From contig JAWLHY010000015.1 in NCBI GenBank assembly GCA_041690135.1, positions 143,820 through 207,819 on the forward strand: 64,000 nt of DNA. Direction: 5' to 3'. Positions 1-9,606 of this stretch are shown here, piece after piece. The position numbers were made by a program, and so were the translations under genes. Source of the stretch: Armatimonadota bacterium (GTDB lineage: Bacteria; Armatimonadota; SYMT01). Numbering within the stretch: position 1 is the stretch's first letter; each line of letters opens with the position of its first letter. A model generated the notes under the pieces. That model saw nothing but the letters and a program-made list of their open reading frames with translations, was not told the DNA's origin and did no database searches.

Positions 1-2
1 AG

Positions 3-407
3 CGCTCGGGAACGCGCCTCTGCATCGTCTCCAATACGCACCGGCCGGGCCGCCTGAAGGACCTGGCGATGCGTCTGGGCGTGCAGTGGGTGCCCTCCGG
101 CGGTAAGCCGCGCCGCCGCGGATTCCTCCGCGCGATGGAGGCCATGGAAAGCTCCGTCGAGGTCACGGCGGTGATCGGGGACCAGGTGATGACCGACATC
201 TGGGGCGGCAACCGCTGCGGCCTCCTCACGATTCTGGTGGCGCCTCTCTCGCCCCGCGAGTTCATCGGCACGAAGCTCATCAGCCGCAACGTGGAGCGGT
301 TTCTGCTAAAACTCCTGGAGAGCCAGGGTAAGCGGGCGCAGCACGTTCGAACTCTAGAGATATGCACGCAGGAGTGTCTCAAAAATGAGGTAGCCTCCGG
401 CCGATGA
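3..407 (+). CDS. yqeG: YqeG-family HAD IIIA phosphatase (5'-truncated by window edge)
   Basis: Frame open from base 3; motifs IVSN, KP, VIGDQVMTDIWGGNRCGLLTILVAPL typical of YqeG. Confidence 0.85.
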   Translation, partial: RSGTRLCIVSNTHRPGRLKDLAMRLGVQWVPSGGKPRRRGFLRAMEAMESSVEVTAVIGDQVMTDIWGGNRCGLLTILVAPLSPREFIGTKLISRNVERFLLKLLESQGKRAQHVRTLEICTQECLKNEVASGR

Positions 408-805
408 GGACTAGGATTACGACCAGGACAAGGCGTCCTGGGTAATGACGAGTTCTCAGGACTGAGGCTGCCGGATCGTGTAAGGGCGAGTTCCCTGACC
501 AGGGGGCGGGTGGATTAGGATCAGGATGAGGATAAAGAGTTCCGTGTAATGACAGGTTCGCTGACCAGGGACGGTTGGATTGGGACCAGGATAAGGAGTC
601 CCTGGTCATGACAGGTGCCCTGACCGAGGGGCGGATGGATTAGGACCAGGATTAGGATAAGGAGTTCCGGGTAAGAACGGGTGCCCTGACCAGGGGGCTT
701 GCCGCGTCGCTAACGGGTTCTGTTTTTGGAGGCTGAGTGCTTCGGCATTGGGCTCATCTGCATCGTGGAAGTTGCTGCTGGTCTCTCGCTCCTCGCAATG
801 ACGAT
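405..805. repeat. Degenerate ~60-bp tandem repeat (about 4 units) built on AGGAT(A/T) hexamers; related copy at 16550-16955
   Basis: Recurring unit ggataaggagttccg.gtaa...gg(t/g)ccctgacc.ggggg between 480 and 715; tail gtgct(t/c)cggcattggg...ctcctcgca shared with 16890-16950. Confidence 0.8.
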
Positions 806-814
806 CGTGGGCAC

Positions 815-1021
815 TGCCTGAACGTCCAATGCCTGAACGCCTGAATGTTTACCAGTCGAGGGGTGGCCTGACCACCGGAATGCCTAATGCCCCATGCCCG
901 AAGTCCTATTCGCTTCATTCGCACAATTCGCGGATCGTTCCCTACCTGAATGCCTGAACGCCTGAATGCCTGGCGGACGGGACGTCCGCGCTCCTAACGC
1001 CCAATGCCCAACGCCCAACGC
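815..1021. repeat. Short tandem repeats: octamer (t/c)gcctgaa and heptamer cccaa(t/c)g
   Basis: aatgcctgaacgcctgaatg at ~828-848 and ~948-968; cccaatgcccaacgcccaacg at 1000-1020. Confidence 0.8.
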
Positions 1022-1405
1022 CATATCATCATTGATGCCGACCTGAACGACGCCACCCAGGCGATGGAGATCACCTGGGGCGACCAGCATCGCAGCACTT
1101 ATCCCCTCAAGTACCTGCGGGCGGAGTGCCCATGCGCCCAGTGCCGCACGGAGCGGCAGGAAGCGAAGGCGAACCCCAACCCGTTCCGGGTGCTCAACAC
1201 CGGGACCAGCCCGGATAGCTGGCGGATCGCCGACCTGGAAGAGGTGGGGCGCTACGGGTTGAAGATCACCTGGGGCGATGCCCACTCCACCGGCATTTAC
1301 ACCTTCGAGTACCTCCGCGAGATCTGCCCCTGCGAGGCCTGCAAGGCGGCGCGTCCGGCGGACGATAAGCCGTTCGTGCACGGCATCTATATTCCCGGAT
1401 CGTAA
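1004..1405 (+). CDS. DUF971 / gamma-butyrobetaine hydroxylase N-terminal-like protein
   Basis: ITWGDQH..Y..YLRAECPCAQC and VGRYGLKITWGDAHSTGIYTFEYLR motifs. Confidence 0.85.
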   Translation: MPNAQRHIIIDADLNDATQAMEITWGDQHRSTYPLKYLRAECPCAQCRTERQEAKANPNPFRVLNTGTSPDSWRIADLEEVGRYGLKITWGDAHSTGIYTFEYLREICPCEACKAARPADDKPFVHGIYIPGS

Positions 1406-1431
1406 CCCGGACCGTATCGGAACCCCACGTA

Positions 1432-2199
1432 GTGAAAGTCGTTGTTCTGGGCTCGGGCACCTCTCATGGGATCCCCGCCGTCGGCTGTGCCTGCCACGTT
1501 TGCGCTTCTCCGGACCCCCGCGACCACCGCAACCGGTGCTCCATTGCCGTCACCTGGCGAGACCGGTGCGTGGTGGTGGACACCCCGCCCGAACTACGCC
1601 AGCAAGTGATCCGCAGCCAGATCCGCCGCATCGACGCCCTGTTCTTCACCCATTCCCACGCGGACCACATCTTCGGCCTGGACGATATCCGCCGCTTCAA
1701 CGAGATGCAGCAGGTCGACATGCCGGTGTTCGCCCGCCCCGAAACGCTCCAGGATATCGAGCGGTCCTTCCGCTATGTGTTCATCCCCACGCAGCTCGGC
1801 GGCGGGAAGCCGCGCCTGGCCCTCACGCCGCTGACGGGCGCGCGGCTGGAGTGGGAAGGGCTCTCCATCGAGGCAATCCCGGTGTACCACGGGGAGCTGG
1901 AGGTGCTGGCGTACCGGTTCGGAGACTTCGCCTACGTCACCGACGTGAGCCGGATCCCCACCGAGTCCATGGAACGGCTGCGGGGTCTCGATATCCTGAT
2001 GCTGGGCGCGCTGCGCTGGGAGCCGCACACCACGCATTTCAACATCGAGCAGGCCCTGGAAGTCGTGCGGGAGCTGCGGCCGCGCCGCACCTTCTTCACC
2101 CACCTGGCCCACAACCTGTTGCACGCGGAAACCGAGAGCCGTTTACCCGCCGGGGTCCGGCTGGCCTATGACGGCCTGATCCTGGACCTCCCCGACTAG
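1432..2199 (+). CDS. MBL-fold metallo-hydrolase (PhnP-like phosphodiesterase)
   Basis: LGSGTSHGIP..C.C..C, THSHADHIFGLDD, THL motifs. Confidence 0.9.
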   Translation: MKVVVLGSGTSHGIPAVGCACHVCASPDPRDHRNRCSIAVTWRDRCVVVDTPPELRQQVIRSQIRRIDALFFTHSHADHIFGLDDIRRFNEMQQVDMPVFARPETLQDIERSFRYVFIPTQLGGGKPRLALTPLTGARLEWEGLSIEAIPVYHGELEVLAYRFGDFAYVTDVSRIPTESMERLRGLDILMLGALRWEPHTTHFNIEQALEVVRELRPRRTFFTHLAHNLLHAETESRLPAGVRLAYDGLILDLPD

Positions 2200-2247
2200 A
2201 GACAGCCTGCACGAAATCGGTTAAGATAGGGCCCGGGCATTTGATCT

Positions 2248-2655
2248 ATGCAACTACGAGCCATCTGCAAGTCCAAGATCCACCACGCCACGGTCACCGA
2301 GGCGAACGTCGAGTACATCGGCAGCATCGCCATCGACAGTGACCTGCTGCGGCTGGCGGACATCGTTCCGGGAGAGAAGGTCGCCGTCTGGAACGTCACC
2401 AACGGCGAGCGGGTAGAGACGTATGCGCTGCCCGCGCCGGCCGGTTCCGGGCAGATCCTGGTGAATGGAGCCGCAGCCCATCGGTTCAGCCCTGGCGACA
2501 AGGTGATCGTAGCGGCCTTCGTGCTGACCGACGAGATCATCACCCCGCACATGATCCTGGTAGACGGCCAGAACCGGTTCGTCGACTGGCTCGGCGATAA
2601 CCGCATGCCGGACTGGTCCCTTCAGGACCTGGCTACTCCCGCTCCCGAGCTGTAG
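2248..2655 (+). CDS. panD: Aspartate 1-decarboxylase
   Basis: KSKIH.ATVT.A...YIGS (Gly-Ser self-cleavage site), NGER.ETY, NGAAAH. Confidence 0.95.
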   Translation: MQLRAICKSKIHHATVTEANVEYIGSIAIDSDLLRLADIVPGEKVAVWNVTNGERVETYALPAPAGSGQILVNGAAAHRFSPGDKVIVAAFVLTDEIITPHMILVDGQNRFVDWLGDNRMPDWSLQDLATPAPEL

Positions 2656-2659
2656 TCCT

Positions 2660-2706
2660 GCGATTGCAAATTGAGAATTGCAAATTGCAAATTGCAAATC
2701 TGAATT
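2660..2706. repeat. Heptamer tandem repeat (ATTGCAA)n
   Basis: gattgcaaattgagaattgcaaattgcaaattgcaaatc. Confidence 0.85.
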
Positions 2707-2732
2707 AGCAGATACGCTCTCGGCTCTCGTAA

Positions 2733-2761
2733 TTGACGGACAAGCACCGTCTTGTTATACT
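2733..2761 (+). promoter_or_regulatory. Sigma70-type promoter of thi operon
   Basis: TTGACG-17bp-TATACT with extended -10 TG, upstream of TPP aptamer. Confidence 0.8.
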
Positions 2762-2802
2762 GGCCTGGCTATTCTGGGAGATAAATTCCCATCAATTGGC
2801 GA

Positions 2803-2889
2803 GCCGCTAGGGGTGCCGGCAGGGACGTAAGCCGGCTGAGAAGACACCCTCGGAACCTGGCCCTGGTAATGCAGGCGTAGGGAAGCGGA
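2803..2889 (+). ncRNA. TPP riboswitch aptamer
   Basis: ctaggggtgc...gctgaga..accct..gaacctg...tggtaatgcaggcgtagggaag consensus, directly upstream of thiamine genes. Confidence 0.93.
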
Positions 2890-2925
2890 AGCATCGCAGT
2901 GTCGGACAGTCTTGTCCACAGGCAG

Positions 2926-2956
2926 AGCGCTTCCCCAGGGGAAGCGTTTTTTTGTT
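2926..2956 (+). terminator. Intrinsic terminator (TPP riboswitch expression platform)
   Basis: cgcttcccc-a-ggggaagcg inverted repeat followed by T7, just before thiG RBS. Confidence 0.85.
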
Positions 2957-2967
2957 TGGAGGCGACC

Positions 2968-3759
2968 ATGGTCGGCGGTCAGAGTGACGATGTCCTGGTC
3001 ATTGCGGGAAAGGAGTTCCGGTCCCGCCTGATCATGGGGAGCGGCAAGTTCCCCGACCCGGAAACCATGAACCGGGCTTACGAGGCGGCCGGCACGGAGA
3101 TGATCACCGTCGCACTGCGCCGGCTCAACCTGGACGACCCGAACGAGAAGACTCTCCTCGATTACATCGACTGGTCCCGCTACGCCATCCTGCCGAACAC
3201 GGCGGGCGCGCGTACGGCCGAAGAGGCGATCCACACCGCACGGCTCGCGCGGGCGATGGGCCTCTCGGACTGGATCAAGCTGGAAGTGATCCCCGATCCC
3301 AAGTACCTGTTGCCGGACCCCATCGGCACCCTCGAGGCGGCGAAGGTCCTGGTGAAGGAAGGGTTTGTCGTCCTACCGTACATCAACGACGACCCCATTC
3401 TTGCCAAGCATCTGGAGGAGATCGGCTGCGCCACCGTAATGCCACTGGCGGCGCCCATCGGCTCCGGGCAGGGATTGGTGAACTACAGCCAGATCCAGAT
3501 CATCATCGAGCAGGCGAACGTGCCGGTGGTTGTGGACGCGGGGATCGGGGCGCCCTCGGATGCCGCCCTGGCGATGGAGATCGGCAGCTCCGCCTGCCTG
3601 ATCAATTCGGCCATTGCGCTGGCGAAAGACCCGGTGGGGATGGCAAAGGCCATGGCCATGGGGGTGGCGGCGGGCCGCGAGGCCTACCGCGCAGGCCGCA
3701 TGGCCCGCAAGGCCTACGCCTCCGCAAGCAGTCCGTTGGAAGGAATTGTGGGTAGGTGA
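2968..3759 (+). CDS. thiG: Thiazole synthase
   Basis: [43 protein letters not shown]; ATG 2968 has GGAGG RBS. Confidence 0.96.
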   Translation: MVGGQSDDVLVIAGKEFRSRLIMGSGKFPDPETMNRAYEAAGTEMITVALRRLNLDDPNEKTLLDYIDWSRYAILPNTAGARTAEEAIHTARLARAMGLSDWIKLEVIPDPKYLLPDPIGTLEAAKVLVKEGFVVLPYINDDPILAKHLEEIGCATVMPLAAPIGSGQGLVNYSQIQIIIEQANVPVVVDAGIGAPSDAALAMEIGSSACLINSAIALAKDPVGMAKAMAMGVAAGREAYRAGRMARKAYASASSPLEGIVGR

Positions 3760-4427
3760 TGACGAGTTACGATCCCCGGCGCTGGCCGGAAAAGGTCTTG
3801 ATGCTGGTCGTCGATCCGGGCCAGTGCGGCGACCGGAGCCTCTCCGAAGTGGTGGAGAAGGCGATCGACGGCGGAGTGAACGTGGTCCAGCTCCGGGCCC
3901 CCGGCCTGCCGGCGGGCGAGCTGCTCTCCCTGGCCCGCCGTCTCCGCGGCATCTGCGCGCATCGCTCGCTCCTGGTGGTGAACGACCGCCTCGACGTGGC
4001 GGTCCTTAGTGGCGCCGACGGAGTGCATCTGCCGGAGAACGGCCTTCCGGTCTCCGCGGCCCGGCAACTGCTGCCGCCCTCCATCCGGGTGGGGCGCTCC
4101 GTTCACTCGATCAACGCCGCCCGCCAGGCCGAGTCGGACGGCGCCGATTACGTGGTGCTGGGGACCATCTTCGCCAGCCCGACGCATCCCGACCAGCAGC
4201 CCGCCGGCATCGAATTGGTGAGCAACGTGACGCGCCGCCTCAAGATCCCCGTGGTGGCGATCGGCGGCATCACCCCCGAAAACGCCGACGCCTGCTGGAG
4301 CGCGGGCGCCACGGGCATCGCCGTCATTTCCAGCATCCTGAAGGCGGAGGACCCCCAGGCGGCGGCCCAGCGCCTGGCGCCCGCCTGCGAGGAGCGGGAG
4401 AAGGATGGGGAGGGAGCATGCGCCTGA
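3756..4427 (+). CDS. thiE: Thiamine phosphate synthase (ThiE/TenI family)
   Basis: VQLR, VNDR.DVA...GADGVHL, SVHS, VAIGGIT; operon context. Confidence 0.85.
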   Translation: MMTSYDPRRWPEKVLMLVVDPGQCGDRSLSEVVEKAIDGGVNVVQLRAPGLPAGELLSLARRLRGICAHRSLLVVNDRLDVAVLSGADGVHLPENGLPVSAARQLLPPSIRVGRSVHSINAARQAESDGADYVVLGTIFASPTHPDQQPAGIELVSNVTRRLKIPVVAIGGITPENADACWSAGATGIAVISSILKAEDPQAAAQRLAPACEEREKDGEGACA

Positions 4428-4615
4428 AGGTCAACGGCCAGGAGCGGGAGTTCGAGAACATCGGCACCGTCGAGGACCTGATCGCCACTCTCGGCATTCA
4501 CCGCATGATCGTCGTGGAACATAACGGCACGATCTTGAAGCGCGACCGGTACGCCACGTCGCGCCTCAATGAGGGCGACGTCCTCGAGATCGTCCACATG
4601 GTGGGCGGCGGCTAG
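4418..4615 (+). CDS. thiS: Sulfur carrier protein ThiS
   Basis: 65 aa, VNG start, C-terminal EIVHMVGGG. Confidence 0.95.
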   Translation: MRLKVNGQEREFENIGTVEDLIATLGIHRMIVVEHNGTILKRDRYATSRLNEGDVLEIVHMVGGG

Positions 4616-4624
4616 CGCGCTGTG

Positions 4625-5734
4625 ATGGCCCATCCCGATGTCATCGTAGTCGGCGGCGGCGTGGTGGGCTGCGCCGTGACCTATTTCCTGGCGGCGGCCG
4701 GATACCGCGTCGCGCTCCTCGAGCGCGGAGAACTCGCCTCCCAGGCTTCCGGGGCGGCGGCCGGCATGCTCGCGCCGATCTGCGAGGCGACGGACGACGG
4801 GCCGTTCTTCGAACTCGGGGTCCGCAGCCTGGCGATGTTCCCCGACCTGGCGCCGGTGCTGCGCGAGCGCTCGGGGATCGATCCCCAGTTCGTGCCTTCC
4901 GGAATTCTGCGGGTAGCCGCATCAGAGGAAGAGGCGGACCATCTCCGGGAGCAGGCGGCTCGCCTTAGCGGCTACGGGCTGGAGTGGCTGGACGCGGAGG
5001 CGGCGCGCGAGCGGGAGCCACTGCTGGCCCCCGATCTCCGGGGCGCGCTCTGGTCACCCCGAGAAGCGCATGTCTACAGCCCGCTGATGACGCGGGCGTA
5101 CGCCGGAGCCGCCGCGGCGCTCGGCGCCTCCGTGGAGATGGGCGTACCGGTGATAGAGTTGCTGCGGCAGGGGGAGCGGGTACGAGGCATCCAAACCCCG
5201 AGCGGTCCCCGGGAAGCCGGTCTTGTGATCCTTTGCACCGGTGCCTGGACCCGCTTTTGCACGGCCTGGCTGGACGTGGCGGTGCCGATCGAGCCGGTGC
5301 GCGGACAGATCCTGGCGCTGGAGGCCCCGCGGCCCGCACCGAGATCCATCGTGTGGGGAGAAGGGGCTTACCTCGTTCCCAAGCTGGCCGGCCAGGTCAT
5401 CGTGGGTGCGACCCAGGAACAGGCGGGGTTCGATTGTCGAACTACCGCCGCAGGGGTGGCGCGTCTGCTTTCGGCGGCCCCTCGCTACCTGCCCGCCCTG
5501 GCGAAAAGCACGTTCCTGCATGCCTGGGCCGGGCTCCGGCCGGACACGCCGGATCATCTCCCGCTGCTCGGTCCGTTGCCGGGCGTGGAGGGCCTGCTGC
5601 TGGCCGCGGGGCACTTCCGCAACGGGGTATTGCTCAGTCCGATCACGGGAGAGATCATGCAGCGACTGGTCTCTGCCGGCAGCCTGCCCGCGGAAGCGGA
5701 ACCTTTCCACCCGAAACGATTGATCGGCGTTTAG
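4625..5734 (+). CDS. thiO: Glycine oxidase
   Basis: GGGVVG FAD motif, ASGAAAGML, PVRGQ, WAGLRP, GHFRNGVLL. Confidence 0.93.
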   Translation: MAHPDVIVVGGGVVGCAVTYFLAAAGYRVALLERGELASQASGAAAGMLAPICEATDDGPFFELGVRSLAMFPDLAPVLRERSGIDPQFVPSGILRVAASEEEADHLREQAARLSGYGLEWLDAEAAREREPLLAPDLRGALWSPREAHVYSPLMTRAYAGAAAALGASVEMGVPVIELLRQGERVRGIQTPSGPREAGLVILCTGAWTRFCTAWLDVAVPIEPVRGQILALEAPRPAPRSIVWGEGAYLVPKLAGQVIVGATQEQAGFDCRTTAAGVARLLSAAPRYLPALAKSTFLHAWAGLRPDTPDHLPLLGPLPGVEGLLLAAGHFRNGVLLSPITGEIMQRLVSAGSLPAEAEPFHPKRLIGV

Positions 5735-5810
5735 GAGGTGCCTGCATCCCGACGCATGCGCCGGGTAAGAGTCAAGGGATCGTCGTGGCGAATGGAATGC
5801 GATCCAGGTG

Positions 5811-5839
5811 CATGCCCGGAGTCCCCGAGATATCGGGGC
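5811..5839 (-). repeat. Palindromic REP-like element (CCCCGAGATATCGGGG core)
   Basis: Reverse complement of copies at 11381-11410 and 11912-11940. Confidence 0.8.
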
Positions 5840-6163
5840 TTTGCAGTACGATATTGGCATCCACCTGGCCCCAGTCGGCTACCGGCGTGGGACCCAGAAG
5901 CAGGTTCTTTGCCGAGGGATACCTCGGACTCCGGGCAAGGATCAAGCTGTTGTCCCGTTTATCAAGATGGAGCTATGGTCCCTGCCAGGGTTCCCTACCG
6001 CCTGGGGCCGGAGCGCAACCACAGGCAACCCACTGATCCAGTTGGTACTATCGGTGGGCGGGACGCCCGCGCCACGTTACTCGCAACGGACGCAGGATCG
6101 AGGCGCCCGCAAGGCGAACAGTACTCTACAATCCCGCCGAGGGGATCCGGAGGAGAAATCCGC

Positions 6164-6649
6164 TTGCCGTCTCAGCCCTGCACCAATCATCCGAACGAGA
6201 TGACCTTCATCCGGTGCGGACGGTGCGACAAGCCGTTTTGCGTGCGGTGCCTGGTGGATACGCCGGTCGGCAAGAAGTGCCGGGCGTGCGCCGAGAACCG
6301 CACGCACCTGACCGAGTACACCCCCGGCAGCGTGCTGGCCGTGCTGGTGGCGACCTTGATTACGGCGTTGGTCGGCGCGTGGCTCATCAAGGAGCTGCGG
6401 ATCCTGCTCCTGGCCGCGCCGTACGGCTGGATAGTGGGAGAGGTGGCCCTTCGGGCGGGGAAGCGCAGTAGAAGCACGGCGGTCCAGGTAGCGACCGGGC
6501 TCGGAACCTTGCTCGGTGGCCTGCTTGGAATGGGATACACGGCAGCCGGGGAAATGGCTCCCGCGGGCTGGCACTTTCCCGGGCTCTGGGGCCTGGCGAT
6601 GGTCATTTTGGGATGTATGATCGCCGTCTCGCGAGTCCGGCATCTTTGA
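6164..6649 (+). CDS. B-box-like zinc-finger membrane protein
   Basis: CTNHP..T..RCGRCDKPFC.RC...PVG..C..C then ~4 hydrophobic helices; TTG 6164 with GGAGGAG RBS. Confidence 0.75.
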   Translation: MPSQPCTNHPNEMTFIRCGRCDKPFCVRCLVDTPVGKKCRACAENRTHLTEYTPGSVLAVLVATLITALVGAWLIKELRILLLAAPYGWIVGEVALRAGKRSRSTAVQVATGLGTLLGGLLGMGYTAAGEMAPAGWHFPGLWGLAMVILGCMIAVSRVRHL

Positions 6650-6664
6650 AACGGTTTGGTGGCA

Positions 6665-7381
6665 ATGGCACTACAGATTGACGCAATACTGGAACTCCAG
6701 TCCCTCGATACGGAGATCGGAAAGCTGCAGCAAGAGCAGGGAGCCCTGGATCGCGGCGACCGGGTCGAGCGGGCTCTGGCGATCCGGCAGGCCCGGCTTA
6801 CCCAGGCGGAACGCCGTTACCAGGGGCTACAGATCGAGCAGCGCAGCGCGGAGCTGGAGTTGAAGGGACTGGAAGAGAAGAAGCACGAGGAGTCCCAGCG
6901 CCTTTACAGCGGCAAGATCACCGCACCCCGCGAGCTGCAGTCGATCGAGATGGAGATCGCGATGCTGGAGCGCCAGCGGCAGCGGCTGGACGAGAGCATT
7001 CTGAAGCGGATGGATGAGATCGAGGCGGCCCGTAAGGCGGTCGAGACCGCGAGCGCCGCCGTCGACGAAGCCCAGAAGGCGCTCAAGATCGTCCGTCGCC
7101 GGTACGAGAAGGAAGCGGCCCGCGTCGAAGGCGAGCTCGGGAAGCTCCTCCCGCGGCGGGACCGCATTGCGAAGTCTCTCGATCCCGAAGTGCTGCAGCG
7201 CTACGATTCGATCCGCCGGCGGCAGCACAACATCGGCGCGGTCCGGATCGAGAACCTGGCCTGCGGCGGCTGCCGGATGAAGGTCGGCGGAGCACTCATG
7301 CGACGCGTGGTGGCCGGCGAGCAATACGTTTACTGCGAAAGCTGCAGCCGCTTCCTCTTCCCGCCCCTGGAAGAGGGCTAG
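6665..7381 (+). CDS. Coiled-coil plus C4 zinc-ribbon protein (DUF164 / CT398-like)
   Basis: LQ.LD start, long coiled coil, C-terminal CGGC...CESCSRFL. Confidence 0.9.
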   Translation: MALQIDAILELQSLDTEIGKLQQEQGALDRGDRVERALAIRQARLTQAERRYQGLQIEQRSAELELKGLEEKKHEESQRLYSGKITAPRELQSIEMEIAMLERQRQRLDESILKRMDEIEAARKAVETASAAVDEAQKALKIVRRRYEKEAARVEGELGKLLPRRDRIAKSLDPEVLQRYDSIRRRQHNIGAVRIENLACGGCRMKVGGALMRRVVAGEQYVYCESCSRFLFPPLEEG

Positions 7382-7405
7382 TTTTCACGTAAGGTGCCGC
7401 CGGAA

Positions 7406-7825
7406 ATGCGACTGGAAGAACAGGCGCTGCAGAGATGTGACGAGACGGGCGACGGGTTCCCACCCGCGCCCGTTCGCCGTCGGAGACGCTCTCGCCGACC
7501 CGAGCCAGGTTCCCTTGGGCAGCAATATCTTGCGGAGACCCGTCGGAAACGCGCAACGGCCTTCCTGCTCATCGTGGCTACCCTGGCGGCCTGCGCACTG
7601 TTCCTCTTCCGCCCGGGCTTCCAGTCGATCTCCCAGGCATCGCAAGCGGGAAGGGCGCCGGGAGCACGGTCCCAGCAGGACTGGCTGCAGCAACCCGGGG
7701 TCCGCGAAGCCGTGATGCGCGCGCTCCAGGGCCGCACCGGCAGCCTTCCGGAGAGCGGGGGAGCGGTGATCCACGATGGGACCACCGGCCGGAAGCTGGA
7801 AATCAAGACCCCGCAGGGGGACTAG
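7406..7825 (+). CDS. Hypothetical single-pass membrane protein
   Basis: One hydrophobic segment after a basic region; co-oriented with upstream genes; start uncertain. Confidence 0.55.
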   Translation: MRLEEQALQRCDETGDGFPPAPVRRRRRSRRPEPGSLGQQYLAETRRKRATAFLLIVATLAACALFLFRPGFQSISQASQAGRAPGARSQQDWLQQPGVREAVMRALQGRTGSLPESGGAVIHDGTTGRKLEIKTPQGD

Positions 7826-7890
7826 GATCAGGATAAAGATAAAGAGGGCCGGGGTGGATTAGGACTAGGATTACGATTAGGATGAGGACG
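7823..7890. repeat. Hexamer tandem repeat (AGGAT(A/T)-type)
   Basis: taggatcaggataaagataaag...ggattaggactaggattacgattaggatgaggac. Confidence 0.75.
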
Positions 7891-8103
7891 TCCGTCCCTG
7901 CGGAGTTATTTCCGCGCACCCTTTAGCCGCACCCTGGCACGGGTCGCGACCCTGAACGGTCGCGCTCTGGTACCGCACGCTGCCCACCTCCGTGGGCGCG
8001 CGGTTCGTATTCAAAGCGGCGGCAGATCCTCCAGGTAGCTCCTGCTGTGAAAATAGACCCTCGCCGCCGCCCATTTTCATTAATGGGGGTGAGCCGTAGG
8101 CTC

Positions 8104-9162
8104 ATGATCGCTGAACACCTGAACACCGTGCCTTCTGTCTACCCCCTCCGTGAATCGATGATTGGCCGGGTGGGACTGGTGGTTCCCGCCTGGTTCGCGC
8201 CCGACACCTCACCCCAGTTAGCCCGGGAGTTGCTGCACGCCACTTTGGGCGATCTGCCGTCTTGCCTGGCGCCGGCGGATGCACTGGTGGTGGTGGATGG
8301 CTCCCCGGTTGCCGCCGCGGCCGCGCGTGCGGTGCTGGCCGGTCTCTCGGCGGGCGGCGCTCCCCCGTTCCGGATCCATGAACTGCCGGAGAACCAGGGG
8401 AAGGGCGCCGCGCTCGCCCTCGGCATCCGGCTCCTGCTGGAGGAGCGGCCGCAGCTCACCTGGATCGCCATCCGGGATGCCGACGGCGACCACTTCCTGG
8501 ACGACCTGCCCCACCTCTACCGCGCCGGAGAGCAGGTCCGCGAGGCGTACCCGGACCGGCCCGTGTGGGTCGTGGGGCGGCGGAGCAGCGTCCACGCCCC
8601 CCTGGGTTGGATCCGCGGCGAATACGAGCTGCTGTTGAACGAAGTGATCGTGGAGGCGGTCGCCTTCGCCCGCGCCCGCGCCGGCCGCGTGTGGGATACC
8701 CGGTTCCTCATCGATCGCGTGCCCGACCTGCAGAGCGGCTATAAGCTCTACACCGCGGAGGCGGCGCGGCTCAGCCTAAAGGCGATCGCGACAGAGGCAA
8801 CAGCTTACCCGGACCTGGACCTGGGTCGGACCGGAATGGAGATCGTGCCGTTCGTCGCCCTCGCCCTGAACGGCGGCATCTGTGTGGAAGGGGAGCGCAA
8901 GACCTTCTTCGACCAGCCGGTCTCCAGCTACGGCCGCGCGGACCGTGCCGCGTTCTACGGCTCCAAGCTCGCCTGGGCGCTCCTCAAGTGCGAGCTTCCG
9001 GCGGAGGCCTCCGCCCGCCTCCTGGACGGCGCCCTGGCCCGGCGTCCGCTCTTCACCGATCCCGCCGGCCGCGAAGAGCTCCTCCGCTTCCGGGAGGCGG
9101 TCCTCCAGCGGCTCGATCCCGGTTACGACGCCACACCGCCCCTCACCCGCCTCTACCTCTAG
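8104..9162 (+). CDS. Glycosyltransferase family 2-like protein
   Basis: VVVDGS, N.GKGAAL..G, DADGDH (DxD), D.QSGYKLY; alternative start 8158. Confidence 0.75.
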   Translation: MIAEHLNTVPSVYPLRESMIGRVGLVVPAWFAPDTSPQLARELLHATLGDLPSCLAPADALVVVDGSPVAAAAARAVLAGLSAGGAPPFRIHELPENQGKGAALALGIRLLLEERPQLTWIAIRDADGDHFLDDLPHLYRAGEQVREAYPDRPVWVVGRRSSVHAPLGWIRGEYELLLNEVIVEAVAFARARAGRVWDTRFLIDRVPDLQSGYKLYTAEAARLSLKAIATEATAYPDLDLGRTGMEIVPFVALALNGGICVEGERKTFFDQPVSSYGRADRAAFYGSKLAWALLKCELPAEASARLLDGALARRPLFTDPAGREELLRFREAVLQRLDPGYDATPPLTRLYL

Positions 9163-9606
9163 CCTGAGGCCGATTACGATAAGGATTACGATGAGGATCA
9201 GGAAGGGCGGGGTGGGGAGGCCGAGGTGGGAGTTCGTTTCGTAGTTTTGGGCGCGCATTCTCGACACAGAGGGCCACAGAGAGGACGATAGGGGACACAG
9301 ACTCCGAAAGGGACTTTGACACGGATAGCACGGATGGAACGGATCGACACGGCAGAGTCGAAGGGGAGGAGTTCGTTTCGCAGATCTGGCGCAGGTTCTT
9401 GACACCGAGAGGCGAAAGGGTCGGCGTCACGACGGAGCTCACGGAGCGCACAGAGAGGGTTGGGGCAGGCGGTTTCGACGGGAGTCGGGACCGCCTGCCC
9501 GTTTGTGTGGGGGTTTGCGAGATGGAGTTGTCAAAGTTCCGCCCTTATGCGGAGGGGCGGCCGGACTTCGCCGGGACCGGAGAAGGTGAAGGTAGCGAAA
9601 AGAGGG

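Noticed and set aside
405-715. CRISPR array (~60-bp period)
   Set aside because: Whole units are degenerate copies, with no invariant repeat plus unique spacer structure
2899-2967. N-terminal extension of ThiG in the ORF track
   Set aside because: Runs through the riboswitch terminator; ATG 2968 has a proper RBS
5738-6163. Long N-terminal part of the 303-aa ORF
   Set aside because: Crosses a REP-like palindrome with atypical composition; RBS supports TTG 6164
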